Source: Amoebophrya sp. A120
Lineage: Eukaryota; Protista; Dinoflagellata
Direction of reading: 5' to 3'
DNA: 64,000 bases
Assembly (NCBI GenBank): GCA_905178155.1
Contig: CAJINV010000001.1
Coordinates: forward strand, 2,532,089 to 2,596,088
How positions within the stretch are numbered: the stretch's first letter is position 1; each line of letters opens with the position of its first letter. Shown here piece after piece: positions 61,253 through 64,000 of this stretch. A model generated the notes under the pieces. It ran no database searches, had not been told where the DNA came from, and saw only the letters and a list, made by a program, of their open reading frames with translations. The translations under genes and the position numbers were made by a program.

Positions 61253-62674
61253 GCAACGATTGCAGGCTCTCCATCAGAAGAATACTTATTAGAATTAGGT
61301 GTGCTATTTTTTTTGGATTTTTTTCAGATTTTTCGAAAAACAAAAAATAACCAATGTTGTCATATATTACATACCTATGGAAGTGAAGTGGTGTGAGGTG
61401 TTCAATTTATACTGCATTCGTCTGGGCGCTTTGTTATTTTTCTGGGAGTTTTTTCAAAACTTCAAAAGTTCTCACTTTTGAAAATTTTTCGAGTCCATTG
61501 AAAATTTGAAGTGCTGGTGATTTCAATTGGAAAGATTGAAGAGAAACTGGGCCACTACATCACTTTGCTTATGGACATCCCTTCTAAAAGTCCTCTATTG
61601 TCATTTTTTCACTTTTGCAGACCTACATAATTCTTTGAAATTTTGAAAATGTTGAAAAAAAATGCTTTTTCATAAAAATGGTCTCAAGGTGAGGCACATC
61701 AACTGTAGAAAGGCTCTGTATGCAGTTCATATGGTCGGGCTGTGTGTTATAGTTTGCAGTTTTTGCAGGATTTCTTCCACATTGACAAGCATAAAACTTT
61801 GCAAATTGCTTAGGGATGTCACTTCTCAACCTTGTATGACCAGATCGGATTCCATAAAGGAAAAGGGGCACAAGGACTACACCTCCATACCCGCGTTCAC
61901 CGCTTTCGATGACGGCCAGGTGACGACTTTTTCTATGACATAGCGCTGCACGGATCTTCCCAGACTCCAGGCGTCGCCTGGCTCCGTTGCCCACTTTTCC
62001 CTCCCGTGCGGCCCCAAGGCGCGAACCAGCTTCGCCGCCGCTGGCCCCCCGCCTCCCGCGGTGGAGCCCCCCCCCCCCCCCCTCGTGACCCTGCTGATCC
62101 GCGGCCGAAGGTGCCGCCGTGCCTCGCACGGGGGGGGGTGCGACTTTGCGCGCGCCGCGGCAGATACCGCACCACGAACAGGAAAGGCTTCTGCTATGAA
62201 TTAGCATGCGACCGTGGTGGCGGAGCTTGGATTTTGGCAGCGCTCTAGTTTGGCCGCAGGTCGCCACTCCGCTGCACCGTGTGTCATGGCGTGTTCTTCG
62301 CTATAGTCGACTTTTTGAAATCTCCCTCCTTGTGCACGCCTTTGTGCATTTCTTGTCTGGTGGATCTCTTTGCTTCTTTTTCCTTTCGATGTGAGTTTTT
62401 TTGTTATCTTTCGTCCGAACATTCGGGCACAAAGATCACGAATCGGCAAAGAGCCCGCGTCACAAAAGATCTGTTCCACGTTTTTTTATTGGCATAGTGG
62501 ATTCATAAGTCCTCGCTTTGAATAAACGGATCTACCGCGCTCAACAGCCCGCACTACACAGTTCCTATCGAAACAGTCCGAATCCTTAAACTTTTTCTGG
62601 CTTCCCCGCAGAAAGCCTATCATCACGCACTGAAACTCCAAAGTGTGCTGTTTGTGAGTGCAAATTGATTCGAT

Positions 62675-63514
62675 ATGGTGTTTTCTTCTCGGACCCTGAT
62701 GGCAGTGGCTGCCGCCGCGACCGCAATTGCTGCCGATTCGGTGTGGCCCTCGTGCATCGAACAAAATACCGTGATACGCAACGCCGGAAAGGCGTTCTTC
62801 ACCAACGTAGCGGGGTACGGAGCGGCGGCCGGGTAAGTTTTACGTACTTTCATTGTCGTAGGCTTTGGCACCGGGCCCGACTGCGACATTCACGGAGACG
62901 AATGTATGTTTCTTCGGTGCAACTCGTACTGCCGGAGGAGCCTGCGAAGATCAGTGCGCATCAAATTTTTGATTCCCAATAGAAATGATCACCACAGCTG
63001 CTTTCTCGACGACTGCAAGAACACGGACAAGTTTGCGGTGTCCTCCATTGAGTCGTGCCTCAGCGTCTGCAATTCCGAGCCCGAATGCGCGTGGTGGGTG
63101 TTTGGGACCGAGGAAGGTTTTTTTCGATTCGGTTTCTTAAAAAAAAAATCTATTTCAACAACACCCGCCACACTTTTTTTCTTGCATGTCAATGATCAAA
63201 GTTCGCTATTCTTTTTTTTTCCGCCGCACTCCGAAGGAAGATGAATATCAGCTCGCGCCGCTACAGGTATGACGAAGTGCTGGATGCGTGTCGCGGATGA
63301 CGGTCGGGAGGCCGGCGACGGGTGGTCCAGTGGCGCCACAACCTGCGCGCCGCCGGATGTGCAGAAGCTCACGATGGGGAACACGGAGTGCTGGATCGAT
63401 GGGTTCGACTACCACACGTGCTGCGACCCCAAGTTCGGGCCCAACGGCAACACGCAGTGCTGGGACGGCATGTTCAACTACAACCGGTGCTGCTTTCCGA
63501 GGCACGAATTGTAG
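62675..63514 (+). CDS. secreted/ER Cys-rich protein (PAN/apple-like domain, CW..CC repeats, C-terminal RHEL), 3 exons
   Basis: MVFSSRTLMAVAAAATAIAADSVWPSC..AAAG|CFLDDCKNTD..CLSVCNSEPECAWWVFGTEE|GMTKCWMR..CWIDGFDYHTCC..GNTQCWDGMFNYNRCCFPRHEL*; two GT-AG introns. Confidence 0.82.
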
Positions 63515-64000
63515 GGCGACAGCAATATGATTATAGCAGGGGAGATATCATGAGTGGACAAAAACCGTGATTTATTCAGTTGTACACTAATTGAATAATT
63601 CGAAAGATGCCCAGAGCACGCTCGTGTGAACCACTGCAAGAAATGCGGCAACTGCGAATATAATCGTTGAGCTGTTCTTCATTCGCACTATCATTCTCTT
63701 GCCTGCTCGTCCCGTGCAACTACAGCAATTGGTAGCTACTCCTGCATCAAATTAACGCGAGTCGCGAGAACACGCCGCAGTGTCTTTTGTTTGAGCGAAA
63801 ATGAACGGTCGGTTTCGTTGCGTGTGAAACTGAAAGAAGGGGAATAGAAGAAAACATTTCTGTTTGTTACGACTATTCGTTTGATCCATGTTGTGTTAGA
63901 AGTTCTCTGGGCTCTTCAACGACTTTATTTAACTCTGCAAACATAACACATGACTCGCATGCACATCAAAAAAAAACGATTTTCTTCATCAAACCTACTC

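Overview
This is eukaryotic genomic DNA, not prokaryotic. The intron style (non-GT-AG introns with terminal inverted repeats and short direct repeats), the long single-strand gene block and the alveolate-type proteins point to a parasitic dinoflagellate of the Amoebophrya/Syndiniales type; this organism call is an inference. From 0.6 to 50.9 kb the genes I could model all lie on the minus strand: a DCAF7/AN11-type WD40 protein, Rab4, three tandem paralogues of an unknown family, a TMX3-like thioredoxin, a coiled-coil protein, a single-pass membrane protein, a secreted TSP1 protein, a ~19.5 kb gene (~5,400 aa) for a polycystin-1/REJ-like receptor, and a small basic protein. A near-intact Ty1/copia LTR retrotransposon (52485-61252) sits in the divergent strand-switch region, followed by a plus-strand Cys-rich secreted protein. 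Highlights: (1) Eleven introner-type introns share TAT...ATA ends, 5-bp target duplications and a recurring internal GCATGACA motif; one is present in only one of three paralogues, and a bare 5-bp duplication in the WD40 gene looks like an excision footprint. (2) The retrotransposon has gag and pol in one frame separated by a single UGA-CUA stop (candidate readthrough), a CCCH-type Gag and asymmetric LTRs. (3) The giant receptor has an unusual mosaic of domains including cytoplasmic WW domains. All gene models were spliced by hand and no searches were run.
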